Below are positions 9,772-18,903 of a stretch of DNA of 64,000 nt, piece by piece (positions within the stretch are counted from its first letter, which is position 1; each line of letters starts with the position of its first letter). The notes under the pieces were generated by a model. It was given only the letters and a program-made list of their open reading frames with translations. It ran no database searches and was not told where the DNA came from. Origin of the DNA: an uncultured Actinomycetota bacterium (GTDB lineage: Bacteria > Actinomycetota > Actinomycetes > Mycobacteriales > Mycobacteriaceae); assembly GCA_963838755.1 (NCBI GenBank), contig CAWISO010000027.1, forward strand, positions 176,613-240,612, read 5' to 3'. Both the position numbers and the translations under genes were made by a program.

Positions 9772-11769
9772 CTAACCGGCCCTGGTGAACCCGTTGGCTC
9801 GCGCGATTTCTTCGCTGGCGAACCAGATTTCAGCCATGGTGTCCTCGTATAGCTCGCTGTCAGGCATGTAGTAAAGCCCGAAGCTGGCGTTGGCCTTCAC
9901 CGGGTACCCATCCGGTACCTGGTAGGGGTCGTCCATCGGAAGGTGAATCGCGAGCTGACCGGGCGCGATTGGCGTAGCAGCGGGATGCACAGTGTCGTCG
10001 GCGCTGTCTGTTGCGGCATGACGCCCGCTGCTGGCTTCGCTGCGCAGTTCGCTTGCCGATGGGATCCGCGTGGGGGCTGTGTCCACTGCGTCGGGATCTT
10101 CGTCAAAGTCTTCATCGAGGTCTTCATCCACATCGGAAAGCTCCGCGGCGCTGACGATTTCGTCGACCAGCGACTCTTCGGCGAGGTCGTCATGGGCTGG
10201 CGGCGTCCAGTCGCTGGTCGGCTGTTGACTAGGCAGGCGCACGCTCCGCGGACGAACCGGCGCCTGATACACCTCGGACAGACTCGACGTCGCGAGATCC
10301 TCATCAGCTTCGGGTGACGAGTGCGACTCAGACTCCGTGAGCGCGTCGTAGCCCACCTCGTCGGAATGGTCGGGTTCGGCGGCCCTGGTGTCAGTGTCAT
10401 GCCGGGCCGCGCGGCGCCGGCGCGCTCTCGACAACGCCAGCAGAGCCACCCCGATCAGCAGCAGCGCCGGTATCGCAACCGCTAGCCACCACCACCAGTG
10501 CTGGGTCAGCGCTCCCCCGCCGGCAGTCGGCGCCGCGTTGGCCGGCGTCTTCTGGCCCGGCACCTGCACCCCGGACAGTCCCGACGCTAGATTGGCGGGT
10601 TGGGTGCTGAAGGTGTTCTTCGCTTGGTTCCAGGCGATCTGGCCACCGGTGAACCGCTGCGTGACCACTCCGTGGCTCAGCGTCTGGTCGCTCTGCGGCG
10701 CGCCCAATTTGCCGGTCGCTCCGCCGAGTTTGTCCCACCCGGCTCTGATGGCGCCCCGGACGACGTAGGCGCCGTGTTTGGGTGTCCAGAAAATCACGGG
10801 TTTGTCGGCAGCGGAAAACGGGCTGATTCGGCTTGCCGGCTTAAGACCGCCGTCGGCCTCGTTGGCGATCGGGAAACCGAGGTTGCCGCCCGGGCCGCCC
10901 AACGACTCGTATTTCGACAGGATGTCGGTCTCGACGGCGTTAGCCCCGGTGGCAGGGCTGAAAAAGACCTTGCCGCCGGCGAAGTTCTGGGCCAGCCCGT
11001 CGCTGCCCACCGGGTATTGCCCGCCTGCTTTGGGGCCCAGCGGACCCGACGCACCACCGGCTGCCCGCCAGGCCATGTTGATATCCGCCGTCGGGTCGAT
11101 GGGTACCTGCAGGTCCGTGAGTTGCTTGGCCAGATCGGGCGGCTGCGTGGTGAACGCTTTGGTCAGCCGGTTCCACGACACCCGGCCGGCGCTGAACGCC
11201 TGGGTGGCGATTTCGCCGTCATAGGTTTCATCACCGACCGGGACGCCCAGCGCCCCACCGGAGCTGCCCAGCTTGTCCCAGGCAGCGTTGATCGCTCCGC
11301 GCACGACGAACGCCCCATGCGCTGCGGTCCAGAAGATCACCGGCTTGTCGCTGGCCGAAAACATACTGACCCGGCTGTCGGCCCCCGCCAGCCCCGGTAC
11401 TTCGTTGATGGTTGGGAAACCGAGGTCACTGGCGGCCGGGCCCCCGAGGGCTTCGTACTTGTCCAGCACGGCGCCCATCATCGATCTGGGGCCAGTGGCG
11501 GGGGTGAAGAACATCTTGCCGTGCACGAAGTCTTGGGCGAATCCGTCCCCGGCGACGTAGCACTCACCTTGTTTGGGGCCGAGATCCGAAGTGTCGCCGC
11601 CGGCGGCCTTCCATGCCGCGGTGATCGCGTCGTCGGCCTCGCCCAGCGGGGATGCCGCCGCGACGGGCGCCAGCAACGCCGTGCACAAACCTAAGCATCC
11701 CGCCAGGGTCAGCAGAGCAAGCACACCGCGCCCCACGACGCTGTCCGATCGACCGTGCTGCCCGCTCAT
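9772..11769 (-). CDS. LGFP-repeat membrane-anchored protein (Rv2721c orthologue)
   Basis: Signal peptide, repeated LGFP/LG.P...AWDKLG units, TM helix WWWWLAVAIP, C-terminal YPVKAN...EIWF. Confidence 0.88.
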   Translation of the reverse strand: MSGQHGRSDSVVGRGVLALLTLAGCLGLCTALLAPVAAASPLGEADDAITAAWKAAGGDTSDLGPKQGECYVAGDGFAQDFVHGKMFFTPATGPRSMMGAVLDKYEALGGPAASDLGFPTINEVPGLAGADSRVSMFSASDKPVIFWTAAHGAFVVRGAINAAWDKLGSSGGALGVPVGDETYDGEIATQAFSAGRVSWNRLTKAFTTQPPDLAKQLTDLQVPIDPTADINMAWRAAGGASGPLGPKAGGQYPVGSDGLAQNFAGGKVFFSPATGANAVETDILSKYESLGGPGGNLGFPIANEADGGLKPASRISPFSAADKPVIFWTPKHGAYVVRGAIRAGWDKLGGATGKLGAPQSDQTLSHGVVTQRFTGGQIAWNQAKNTFSTQPANLASGLSGVQVPGQKTPANAAPTAGGGALTQHWWWWLAVAIPALLLIGVALLALSRARRRRAARHDTDTRAAEPDHSDEVGYDALTESESHSSPEADEDLATSSLSEVYQAPVRPRSVRLPSQQPTSDWTPPAHDDLAEESLVDEIVSAAELSDVDEDLDEDFDEDPDAVDTAPTRIPSASELRSEASSGRHAATDSADDTVHPAATPIAPGQLAIHLPMDDPYQVPDGYPVKANASFGLYYMPDSELYEDTMAEIWFASEEIARANGFTRAG

Positions 11770-12022
11770 CCCACCTCCCGGCCGCCGCTCAGACCGAAGT
11801 CTGTGGCCACTTTCGACCGCTCCGCGGGCCGACACAACTGGGTGCCGACCGACGACGGATGCGAAGTCATGTGCAAGACACTACGGAAACGAATATCCAC
11901 CGATGTGGAAATGATCTCCACAACGCGTTCGGTGTCGCACTCAGCTGATGTGGTTTTGCGTTACGGTGCTCCGATACTGGGGTGGGCACCCGCAACTGCG
12001 CGGCAGAGGAAACGGAGCGGAC

Positions 12023-13234
12023 ATGGGTGTTTCCGGACCCGTCTGGTCCGTGATAATCGCCGTCATCGTCGGGCTCGTTCTGTTTGACTACCTCGTCAAC
12101 GTCCGTCGGACACACACGCCGACCTTGCGTGAAGCGGCACTGTGGTCGGCGGCCTATGTCGGGATCGCGATCCTTTTCGGCCTTGGCGTCTGGGTCTTCG
12201 GCGGAACAACTATGAGCGTCGAATACTTCGCCTGCTACGTGAGCAACGAAGCCCTGTCCATCGACAATTTGTTTGTCGTTCTGTTCATCGTGAGCAGCTT
12301 CGCGGTACCGCGAATCGCCCAGCAGAAAGTGCTGTTATTCGGCCTTGTCTTCGCGCTCATCGCACGCACTGGATTTATTTTTATCGGCGCTGCGGTGATC
12401 ACGGTCTTCGATTGGGCGTTTTACTTTTTCGGGGTGGTTCTGCTGGTCATGGCGGGCAACCTGGCCAAACCATCGGGGTCGGAAAGCCAGAGCACGAATA
12501 CGGTGATCGTCCGTATCGCCAGACGGCTGTTGCACACCTCAGAGAGCTATGACGGCGACCGGATGTTCACCGTGGAAAACGGCCACCGAGTCATGACGCC
12601 GATGCTGCTGGCGATGGTCGCCGTCGGCGGAGCCGACCTGTTGTTCGCCTTTGACTCGATACCGGCGCTGTTCGGGCTATCCCAGAACGTCTACCTGGTG
12701 TTCTCGGCCACCGCGCTGTCACTGCTAGGCCTACGTCAGCTGTACTTCTTGATCGATGGGCTGCTCGACCGGCTGGTGTACCTGTCCTTTGGCCTGGCGG
12801 CGATCTTGGCCTTCATCGGGGTGAACCTGATGCTGCAAGCCCTGCACGACAACAACGTTCCCTTCATCAACGATGGAAACCCGGTCCCCGTCCCCGACAT
12901 CAGCACGACCGTGTCGTTGACGGTCATCATCGTCATCCTGCTGATCACCACGGTGGCGTCTTTGGTGTCGCCGCGCGGGCGGGCGCAGAGCGCGGTCGCC
13001 GGGGCCCGTCGGCATGCCGCGGAGTACGTCAACGAGGACGACCCGGCCGACTCCGACGAGCGGGAAAAGCTGTTCCGTCGAATGCTCGTCGAAGAAGAGC
13101 GGATCAGCGCGCTGCCCATGAAATACCGCAACAGAATCCGTCGCGAAGAAGAGCTGATGGATCTGCTCGGACAAGCCCACCAGGCCCACGACGCACACCT
13201 GCCCGGTCACCGGCCCGCGTCGTCGCCGGGTTAG
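12023..13234 (+). CDS. TerC/Alx family membrane protein (Rv2723 orthologue)
   Basis: EALSIDNLFV, QQKVLLFG, DLLFAFDSIPA, LGLRQLYF motifs; GGAG RBS. Confidence 0.9.
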   Translation: MGVSGPVWSVIIAVIVGLVLFDYLVNVRRTHTPTLREAALWSAAYVGIAILFGLGVWVFGGTTMSVEYFACYVSNEALSIDNLFVVLFIVSSFAVPRIAQQKVLLFGLVFALIARTGFIFIGAAVITVFDWAFYFFGVVLLVMAGNLAKPSGSESQSTNTVIVRIARRLLHTSESYDGDRMFTVENGHRVMTPMLLAMVAVGGADLLFAFDSIPALFGLSQNVYLVFSATALSLLGLRQLYFLIDGLLDRLVYLSFGLAAILAFIGVNLMLQALHDNNVPFINDGNPVPVPDISTTVSLTVIIVILLITTVASLVSPRGRAQSAVAGARRHAAEYVNEDDPADSDEREKLFRRMLVEEERISALPMKYRNRIRREEELMDLLGQAHQAHDAHLPGHRPASSPG

Positions 13235-14391
13235 ACGCCGAGGCTGCGGCCGATGATTTCTTTCATGATCTCAGTGGTGCCGCCGTAGATGGTCTGCACC
13301 CGCGCGTCCAGATAAGCCCGCGCGATCGGGTATTCGCGCATGTATCCGTAGCCACCGTGCAATTGCAGGCAGCGATCGATCAGGTGCACTTGCTTCTCGG
13401 TGGAATACCACTTGGCCATCGCAGCCTGCTCGGCGGATAACTTCTCATCCAGGTGCAGGCGGATGAACTCGTCGACCATGATCCGGACCATGGTCGCCTC
13501 GGTCGCCAATTCGGCCAGCACGAATCGGCTGTTCTGAAAACTGCCCACCGGCTTGCCAAACGCCTTGCGCTCTTTGGTGTATTGCAGCGTCTGCTCCAGC
13601 ACGGTCTCCATTGCCGTGGCCGCCATGATGGCGATTGAGATCCGCTCCTGCGGCAGGTTCTGCATCAGGTAGATGAAGCCCAGCCCCTCGTCGCCGAGTA
13701 GGTTCTCCGCGGGGACCTTGACGTCGGTGAACGACAACTCGGCGGTGTCCTGGGCGTCGAGGCCGATTTTGTCCAGGTGCCGGCCGCGCTCGAAGCCTTC
13801 CATGCCACGTTCGACGACCAGCAGCGAAAAGCCTTGCGCGCCTTTGTCCGGATCAGTCTGGGCCACCACGATCACCAGGTCGGAGTTGATCCCGTTGGTG
13901 ATGAACGTCTTGGATCCGTTGAGCACATAGTGGTCGTCCTGCTTGACCGCGCGGGTCTTGATGCCCTGCAAGTCGCTGCCAGTACCCGGCTCAGTCATGG
14001 CGATCGCGGTGATTAGCTCGCCGGTGCAGAACTTGGGCAGCCAACGCTGCTTTTGCTCCTCGCTGGTCAACCGCAGTAGGTAGGGCGCCACCACGTCGTT
14101 GTGCAGCCCGAATCCGATGCCGCTGTAGCGGCCCGCGGTGGTCTCCTCGGTGATGATCGTGTTGTACCGGAAGTCGGGGTTGCCACCGCCGCCATACTCC
14201 TCGGGCACCGCCATGCCCAGGAAGCCTTGCTTGCCGGCTTCCAACCACACCCCACGGTCGACGATCTTCGCCTTCTCCCACTCGTCGTGGTAGGGGGCGA
14301 CGTGGCGATCCAGGAAGCCCCGGTAGGACTCGCGGAACAGCTCATGCTCGGGTTCGAACAGCGTGCGCTGGTACTTGACGGCGCTACCCAT
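13231..14391 (-). CDS. fadE20: Acyl-CoA dehydrogenase FadE20
   Basis: AMTEPGTGSD, NGSKTFITNG, QLHGGYGYMREY, IYGGTTEIMKEII; synteny with Rv2724c. Confidence 0.92.
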   Translation of the reverse strand: MGSAVKYQRTLFEPEHELFRESYRGFLDRHVAPYHDEWEKAKIVDRGVWLEAGKQGFLGMAVPEEYGGGGNPDFRYNTIITEETTAGRYSGIGFGLHNDVVAPYLLRLTSEEQKQRWLPKFCTGELITAIAMTEPGTGSDLQGIKTRAVKQDDHYVLNGSKTFITNGINSDLVIVVAQTDPDKGAQGFSLLVVERGMEGFERGRHLDKIGLDAQDTAELSFTDVKVPAENLLGDEGLGFIYLMQNLPQERISIAIMAATAMETVLEQTLQYTKERKAFGKPVGSFQNSRFVLAELATEATMVRIMVDEFIRLHLDEKLSAEQAAMAKWYSTEKQVHLIDRCLQLHGGYGYMREYPIARAYLDARVQTIYGGTTEIMKEIIGRSLGV

Positions 14392-14462
14392 TGATGACCT
14401 CCAGCGGATGGGGACTCTGCCGCCCAACATATACCAACCGGATGGTTGGGAGGCCCGGCGCC

Positions 14463-14993
14463 ATGCTCGGGCTTACAGTCAGCGTCGTGGACGAAACGAT
14501 CCTGGTGCAGGAACACGGCCAACTGCTCGAATTCTCCTATACCGACATGCTTTGCTATGCCGGGCCGTATTCGCCTGCGGGTGTGGCCAATGCCTTCAAA
14601 GTGATGCAGCGGGCATTTGCCGCGCTGTCTCCCAACCAACCGCCGCAACGGCGCTCGATTGTCATTCGGACCCCGTTTGCGGGCCCGGGAGCCCGCGACG
14701 GCTTTGAAGCCGTCACCCGCGCATTCACCGACGGGCGCTACACCATCGATCCCGCCCTGGCGCGGCCGGATCGAGGGCGGCTGCTGCAAAGCTTCGTCTT
14801 CCAGGTCACCACCGCCGGCCGCACCGCGACTCTGCTGCTGCGCAAAGGCTTCGTCACCGCCGAATTCATCGATCTCGCAAGCAAATCCGACCGCGTCCAG
14901 GCCGAAGAGGCGCGCCTCAATCAGCTCAAGGCCGAGCTGGCGGAGCGGCTGCTGGCAGCACCCGCCGAGCACGTCTACGACCTGGCCGACTGA
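14463..14993 (+). CDS. Hypothetical protein, possibly FmdE-like fold
   Basis: Typical coding-style frame; F.Y.DML.YAG..SP.GVA.AFK and T.F.GPGARD.FE segments; start uncertain (14463 or 14487). Confidence 0.6.
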   Translation: MLGLTVSVVDETILVQEHGQLLEFSYTDMLCYAGPYSPAGVANAFKVMQRAFAALSPNQPPQRRSIVIRTPFAGPGARDGFEAVTRAFTDGRYTIDPALARPDRGRLLQSFVFQVTTAGRTATLLLRKGFVTAEFIDLASKSDRVQAEEARLNQLKAELAERLLAAPAEHVYDLAD

Positions 14994-15230
14994 GTGTCGC
15001 GACTCCGCTCGCCGACCATGCCGTTTTTCCCCCGATGCTGTCTTAGCGCAACCTGAAGACCACCTACAGGTTTGACGAACGGCTCGTCGACGTTGGTCGG
15101 CGGCTTCTAAGAGTGCGCTACCTGGTGACTTGTTGTTAGCGGTCAACAACGGCTAGCGGTGAAAATGTCTGTCCGAAGTGCGCAAATAGCGACGAACAGA
15201 CATGGTTGTTGTTGGCTGCTGTCGAGTGCT

Positions 15231-15252
15231 CTGCGGACTGTCTGCGGACTGT
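15231..15252. repeat. Tandem 11-bp direct repeat CTGCGGACTGT
   Basis: ctgcggactgt-ctgcggactgt seen directly, near left edge of island. Confidence 0.75.
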
Positions 15253-15374
15253 GAACCTCGAGCGACCACGGCATACGTGCGATCCAAATGACCGGGCGGC
15301 TCAGCGCGGCGTCAGCACACAGGGGCCAACAATTGAGGATCATGCAGATCCATCCCTGAACCTCCACACAAGCG

Positions 15375-15798
15375 GTGGGTGACCGTGACTGGCATGCGCT
15401 GCTTGATGCGCACGATGCGGTTGTGCGGTCGCAGCTCGCACGGTTTCGGTGTCGCGAGGTGAACGCATCCGGCGACGGGTTCCTGGCGATGTTCGACGGC
15501 CCGCAGCGGGCGATCCGCTGCGCGATGGCAATTCGCGATGCCGTGCAAGCACTGGGCATCGAAGTCCGCGCCGGTCTGCACACGGGGGAATGCGAGGTGC
15601 GCGGCGAATGACATCGGCGGGATCGGTGTGCACATCGGCGCGCGGGTGAGCGCCCTGGCAGGCCCGAACGACGTTTTGGTGTCCAGCACGCTGCGCGACC
15701 TGGTGATCGGATCAGGGCTGGAGTTCGAAAACCGCGGTGCTCACCAACTCAAGGGTGTGCCTGGCGACTGGCGCCTCTTCGCCGTCGCTTCTACGTAG
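15375..15798 (+). pseudogene. Class III adenylate/guanylate cyclase-homology domain fragment (LipJ-like C-terminus), 5' truncated and frameshifted
   Basis: [37 protein letters not shown]; one extra A near 15608 shifts frame into [13 protein letters not shown]...LKGVPG.WRLF. Confidence 0.85.
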
Positions 15799-16091
15799 CG
15801 GTACTTGGCCAAACTCATTTCGCCTGAACCGTTTTGATTTCTGCTCAGAAACTAATTCGACGATGCGGCGTAGAGACATTCGACTGCGTCGGTACCGTGG
15901 TCGGCTGTTCATCGCGTAACGCATCTCCGAGAACACGGCAGAAGTCTGAAGGCCGGGAGCGAGTCGGCCGCCGTTTACGCTGTCTCAAGAGCGGTCCGCT
16001 CACATGCCCTTCAGCCAGTCGTAGCACCGGCGTATAAGCGTTGCCGGCACGATCCACAGGTTGAGATTCAAGGTCATCCCATTACGTCCAT

Positions 16092-16418
16092 CTACTGAGC
16101 GGCGAAATAGAAGCCCAGCAAGAGCCCGAAGAGAGCGACTAGCCATCCGCTCGTCGTCGCCTTGAGCCACGTGGGTGCGTGTCGGACCTCCATGAAGTGC
16201 CATATCACCAACTGTGCCTTCACCGCCGCGGCCAGCAGCACGACGACGGTGATCGTGATGTCGAGGTGGTGTGCCGCGCCGCCCATCGCGGCGAATGTCT
16301 CATCGGTGGCTTTGCGCACGTCGGTAGCCAGAGCGGTCAGCCAGGCCCATGACGCCACGATCACCGCGGTCAGGAGTGCCCACACGAAGGTCAGCGGGTT
16401 GCGAAGATACGCCTTCAC
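16092..16418 (-). CDS. Cytochrome oxidase subunit IV-like (Cox4_pro/NorF-like) small membrane protein
   Basis: Three TM helices; VW.LL, VKAQLVIWHFMEVRHAP.WL motif. Confidence 0.75.
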   Translation of the reverse strand: MKAYLRNPLTFVWALLTAVIVASWAWLTALATDVRKATDETFAAMGGAAHHLDITITVVVLLAAAVKAQLVIWHFMEVRHAPTWLKATTSGWLVALFGLLLGFYFAAQ

Positions 16419-16422
16419 AGGA

Positions 16423-17031
16423 TCACCTCATCAAGTAGAGCAACGCGAACAGGATGAGCCACACGATGTCGACCATGTGCCAGTACGTTGCGCCGGTTTC
16501 CACGAACGAGATTCGGGGTTTGGCTGGTCCACGCAGGCTGCGGATGACGAAGCAAAGGATCACCAGCCCGAGGAGCACGTGGCACAGGTGCATTCCTGTC
16601 ATCACGTAGTAGTACATGAAGAACAGGTTTGTTCCCGGGGTCATGCCGGCGGTGATCTCCGGGATGTATTCGAACATTTTGAGCAGGGGGAAGGCCGCGC
16701 CGCAGGCCAATGCGATGACGAACAGCCGGAGCGCGTCCGCGGTCTTTCCGGCGCGGGCCGCTGTGGTGCCCAGCGCAACGAAGAGCGAACTGGTTACTAG
16801 CACGACGGTGTTGACGGCGCCGATGTTCAGGTTCAGCTTCGCGTGGCCCTGCAGGAACATGTCCGGGTGTTGGCCGCGGTAGTACATGTAGCTCACGAAG
16901 TAGACGCCGAAGATGATCAGGTCGCCGATGACGAAGAACCACATGCTCGGATCGCCGGGAACGTGTTTGCGCGCGTCGATATTTCGTCTGTTGCCGGTGC
17001 CGGTGGTGAACTCCTCTGCGATCTCGGTCAT
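16423..17031 (-). CDS. Cytochrome oxidase subunit III-like (NorE/CtaE-like) membrane protein
   Basis: MWFFV.GD, NT.VL.TSS, K..EY, YY..TG.H..HV..G, YWH.VD.VW...F...Y; ATGA-coupled to upstream gene. Confidence 0.88.
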   Translation of the reverse strand: MTEIAEEFTTGTGNRRNIDARKHVPGDPSMWFFVIGDLIIFGVYFVSYMYYRGQHPDMFLQGHAKLNLNIGAVNTVVLVTSSLFVALGTTAARAGKTADALRLFVIALACGAAFPLLKMFEYIPEITAGMTPGTNLFFMYYYVMTGMHLCHVLLGLVILCFVIRSLRGPAKPRISFVETGATYWHMVDIVWLILFALLYLMR

Positions 17032-17834
17032 GCGCTGGCCCTCGGCAGGGTGTCGGTTGAGGCGGGTTCCGGTTCGAGCCAGGCGTTCTCGAGTTCGTCG
17101 TCGGGCTGGTTCTTGATCGCCCGGAATATGCACACGTACACGATGAATTGCCATGACACGAACAGCGTCATCGCCAACCAAAACGTCATCAGGCCGTTCC
17201 AGGCGAATGGGCCCGACTTAGCGATCCACACCGGTGCGGCGATCAGTTCGCTCACGTACTGCCAGATGGTGTAATAACCGAGCCATTTCGGCAGAATTCT
17301 GTTCTCATCGAGGATGATGGCCAGACCGAAGGCCATCCACATGACGCAGAAGCACCCCAACGAGCCGATGAACGCCAGGTAGCCGAAGTCGTAGAGCATC
17401 GCCAGGATCGCCGGGTCGTAGCCGGGGCGGAAGGCGCCCAGCCCAAAGCAGAACAGCGGGAAAAGCATCCCGACAATCGTGCCGGTGATCGCACCCATCA
17501 TCACGGTGTATCGAAACACTGGGCTTACCGACATCCGCTTGATCTGTATGAGGTACACCGCGTTGGACACCGGCCCCAGACCGAACGCCAACGTTAGAAC
17601 GGCGCATGCGATTACCAGGTTGTGCGAGTCCATGAACTCGACGATCTGCGCCTGCGGACTGCTCGGGGATCGTGGCGGCATCATCCAGCTCAGCGGGACG
17701 AAAACCACCCCGAATACGGAGAAGAAGAACGGGACCGACCAGAAGGCGATCCACTGATCGACCTTCCCGGACTTGCGCCACGGTCGGGAACGCGTCGTAG
17801 CGGGTTCGGATGCCGGGGCCGCGCTCTTGGTCAT
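17028..17834 (-). CDS. Multi-pass membrane protein of unknown function (paralogue B)
   Basis: About 6-7 hydrophobic segments; PPRSP, QIKR, AFRPGYDP, KSGPFAWNG; ATGA overlaps at both ends. Confidence 0.85.
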   Translation of the reverse strand: MTKSAAPASEPATTRSRPWRKSGKVDQWIAFWSVPFFFSVFGVVFVPLSWMMPPRSPSSPQAQIVEFMDSHNLVIACAVLTLAFGLGPVSNAVYLIQIKRMSVSPVFRYTVMMGAITGTIVGMLFPLFCFGLGAFRPGYDPAILAMLYDFGYLAFIGSLGCFCVMWMAFGLAIILDENRILPKWLGYYTIWQYVSELIAAPVWIAKSGPFAWNGLMTFWLAMTLFVSWQFIVYVCIFRAIKNQPDDELENAWLEPEPASTDTLPRASA

Positions 17835-18553
17835 GCCAGAGCCTCCCCCTCGCTGCCCTGGCGATTGACCACGCCCAGAAGAACAACGAACATCACCACA
17901 ATGTAGATCGCAAAAACGCTGAGCCGCAGGGTGAATGACACGGCGCCATTGAACGCGAGCGGCCCCGACTTGTGCAAAATCGAGAACGCGCTCGGAATCA
18001 GCAGAGCCGCGATGACGATGTTGAAGTGCGCCACCCAGCGCGGAAAGATCGGGTCTGACCGTGCGTCGAGGTAGACGCTGATGGCGAGGCAGAGATTTTG
18101 CACGACGATCGTGCCGACCGGCGCGATGAAGAAGAACCACGCCATGTCGTTGAGCAGGCTGATCAGTTGCGGGTCACGCTCGGGTCGGAACGCAGCAATC
18201 CCCCAGCAGTAGTCGGCGAGGATGAACGCCGTGAGTCCCACCCCTACGCAGAGGATGTAGGCATAGGTGAAGACACTGCTCGAGGTGGCGGTCCGGGATA
18301 TCTGGACGGCGGTTACCGCGAAGAGCGGGACCAGCGAGCACGCAATGAGATTGCCCAGTATCGCGACGCCGAGTATGCCCGTGACATTCTCGGCGAAGAA
18401 CGCCGCGACCTGCTCGGGTGGCATCGTCGGCGACAGGGGTGGTGAGAACACCGGGAACAGAAAGTAGGCCAGGGCGAATAGCGCCCCGGCCGGCGGTACC
18501 GTCCACAACAGGATGCGTTGGCCCTTGGTATTAGCCGCCACGGATGTCGTCAT
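17831..18553 (-). CDS. Multi-pass membrane protein of unknown function (paralogue A)
   Basis: PPLSP, QISR, AFRPERDP, KSGPLAFNG align with paralogue B; start ATG 18553 or GTG 18559. Confidence 0.85.
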   Translation of the reverse strand: MTTSVAANTKGQRILLWTVPPAGALFALAYFLFPVFSPPLSPTMPPEQVAAFFAENVTGILGVAILGNLIACSLVPLFAVTAVQISRTATSSSVFTYAYILCVGVGLTAFILADYCWGIAAFRPERDPQLISLLNDMAWFFFIAPVGTIVVQNLCLAISVYLDARSDPIFPRWVAHFNIVIAALLIPSAFSILHKSGPLAFNGAVSFTLRLSVFAIYIVVMFVVLLGVVNRQGSEGEALA

Positions 18554-18903
18554 CGCCACCGTCCTGCTATCTGAATCTGCTGCTGCCATCCGCGGTCGGA
18601 CCGGGCTGTTTCGCATCCGATCGTCTGACCGGCGTCTTCGCCGAAATCTTAGATCCGTGAGTCTCACGTCGATGAAGCTCCCTTATCACGTGCGCACGTG
18701 AGCGATCCGCACGCGCGGGACCTATTTGCGCTTCGTCCACGCCAAAAGAGGCCAGTGAGACCATTACCGGTCTCTGGCCGCGCTCAACGAATGGGCTACG
18801 TCCGCCCCTGGACCAGCAACAGCCGACGCAGACGCGTCTAGACGATTTCCTTCGCCCCTACAACACTCGACGAGGCCGCGCTGCAGCTGGCATTTAGCTG
18901 ATT

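Noticed and set aside
11770-12022. yybP-ykoY riboswitch upstream of terC
   Set aside because: Expected from TerC context, but I could not recognise the conserved motif; needs an Infernal search.
14994-15374. tRNA or att core at the island edge
   Set aside because: No cloverleaf or T-loop/CCA pattern seen, and no direct repeat matched to the right edge by eye.
16415-16942. 175-aa alternative-frame ORF overlapping the subunit III-like gene
   Set aside because: Same-strand alternative frame with Arg-rich nonsense composition; the motif-bearing frame is 16423-17031.
16092-17031. Functional terminal oxidase or NO reductase operon
   Set aside because: No catalytic subunit I/II or NorB/NorC genes nearby.
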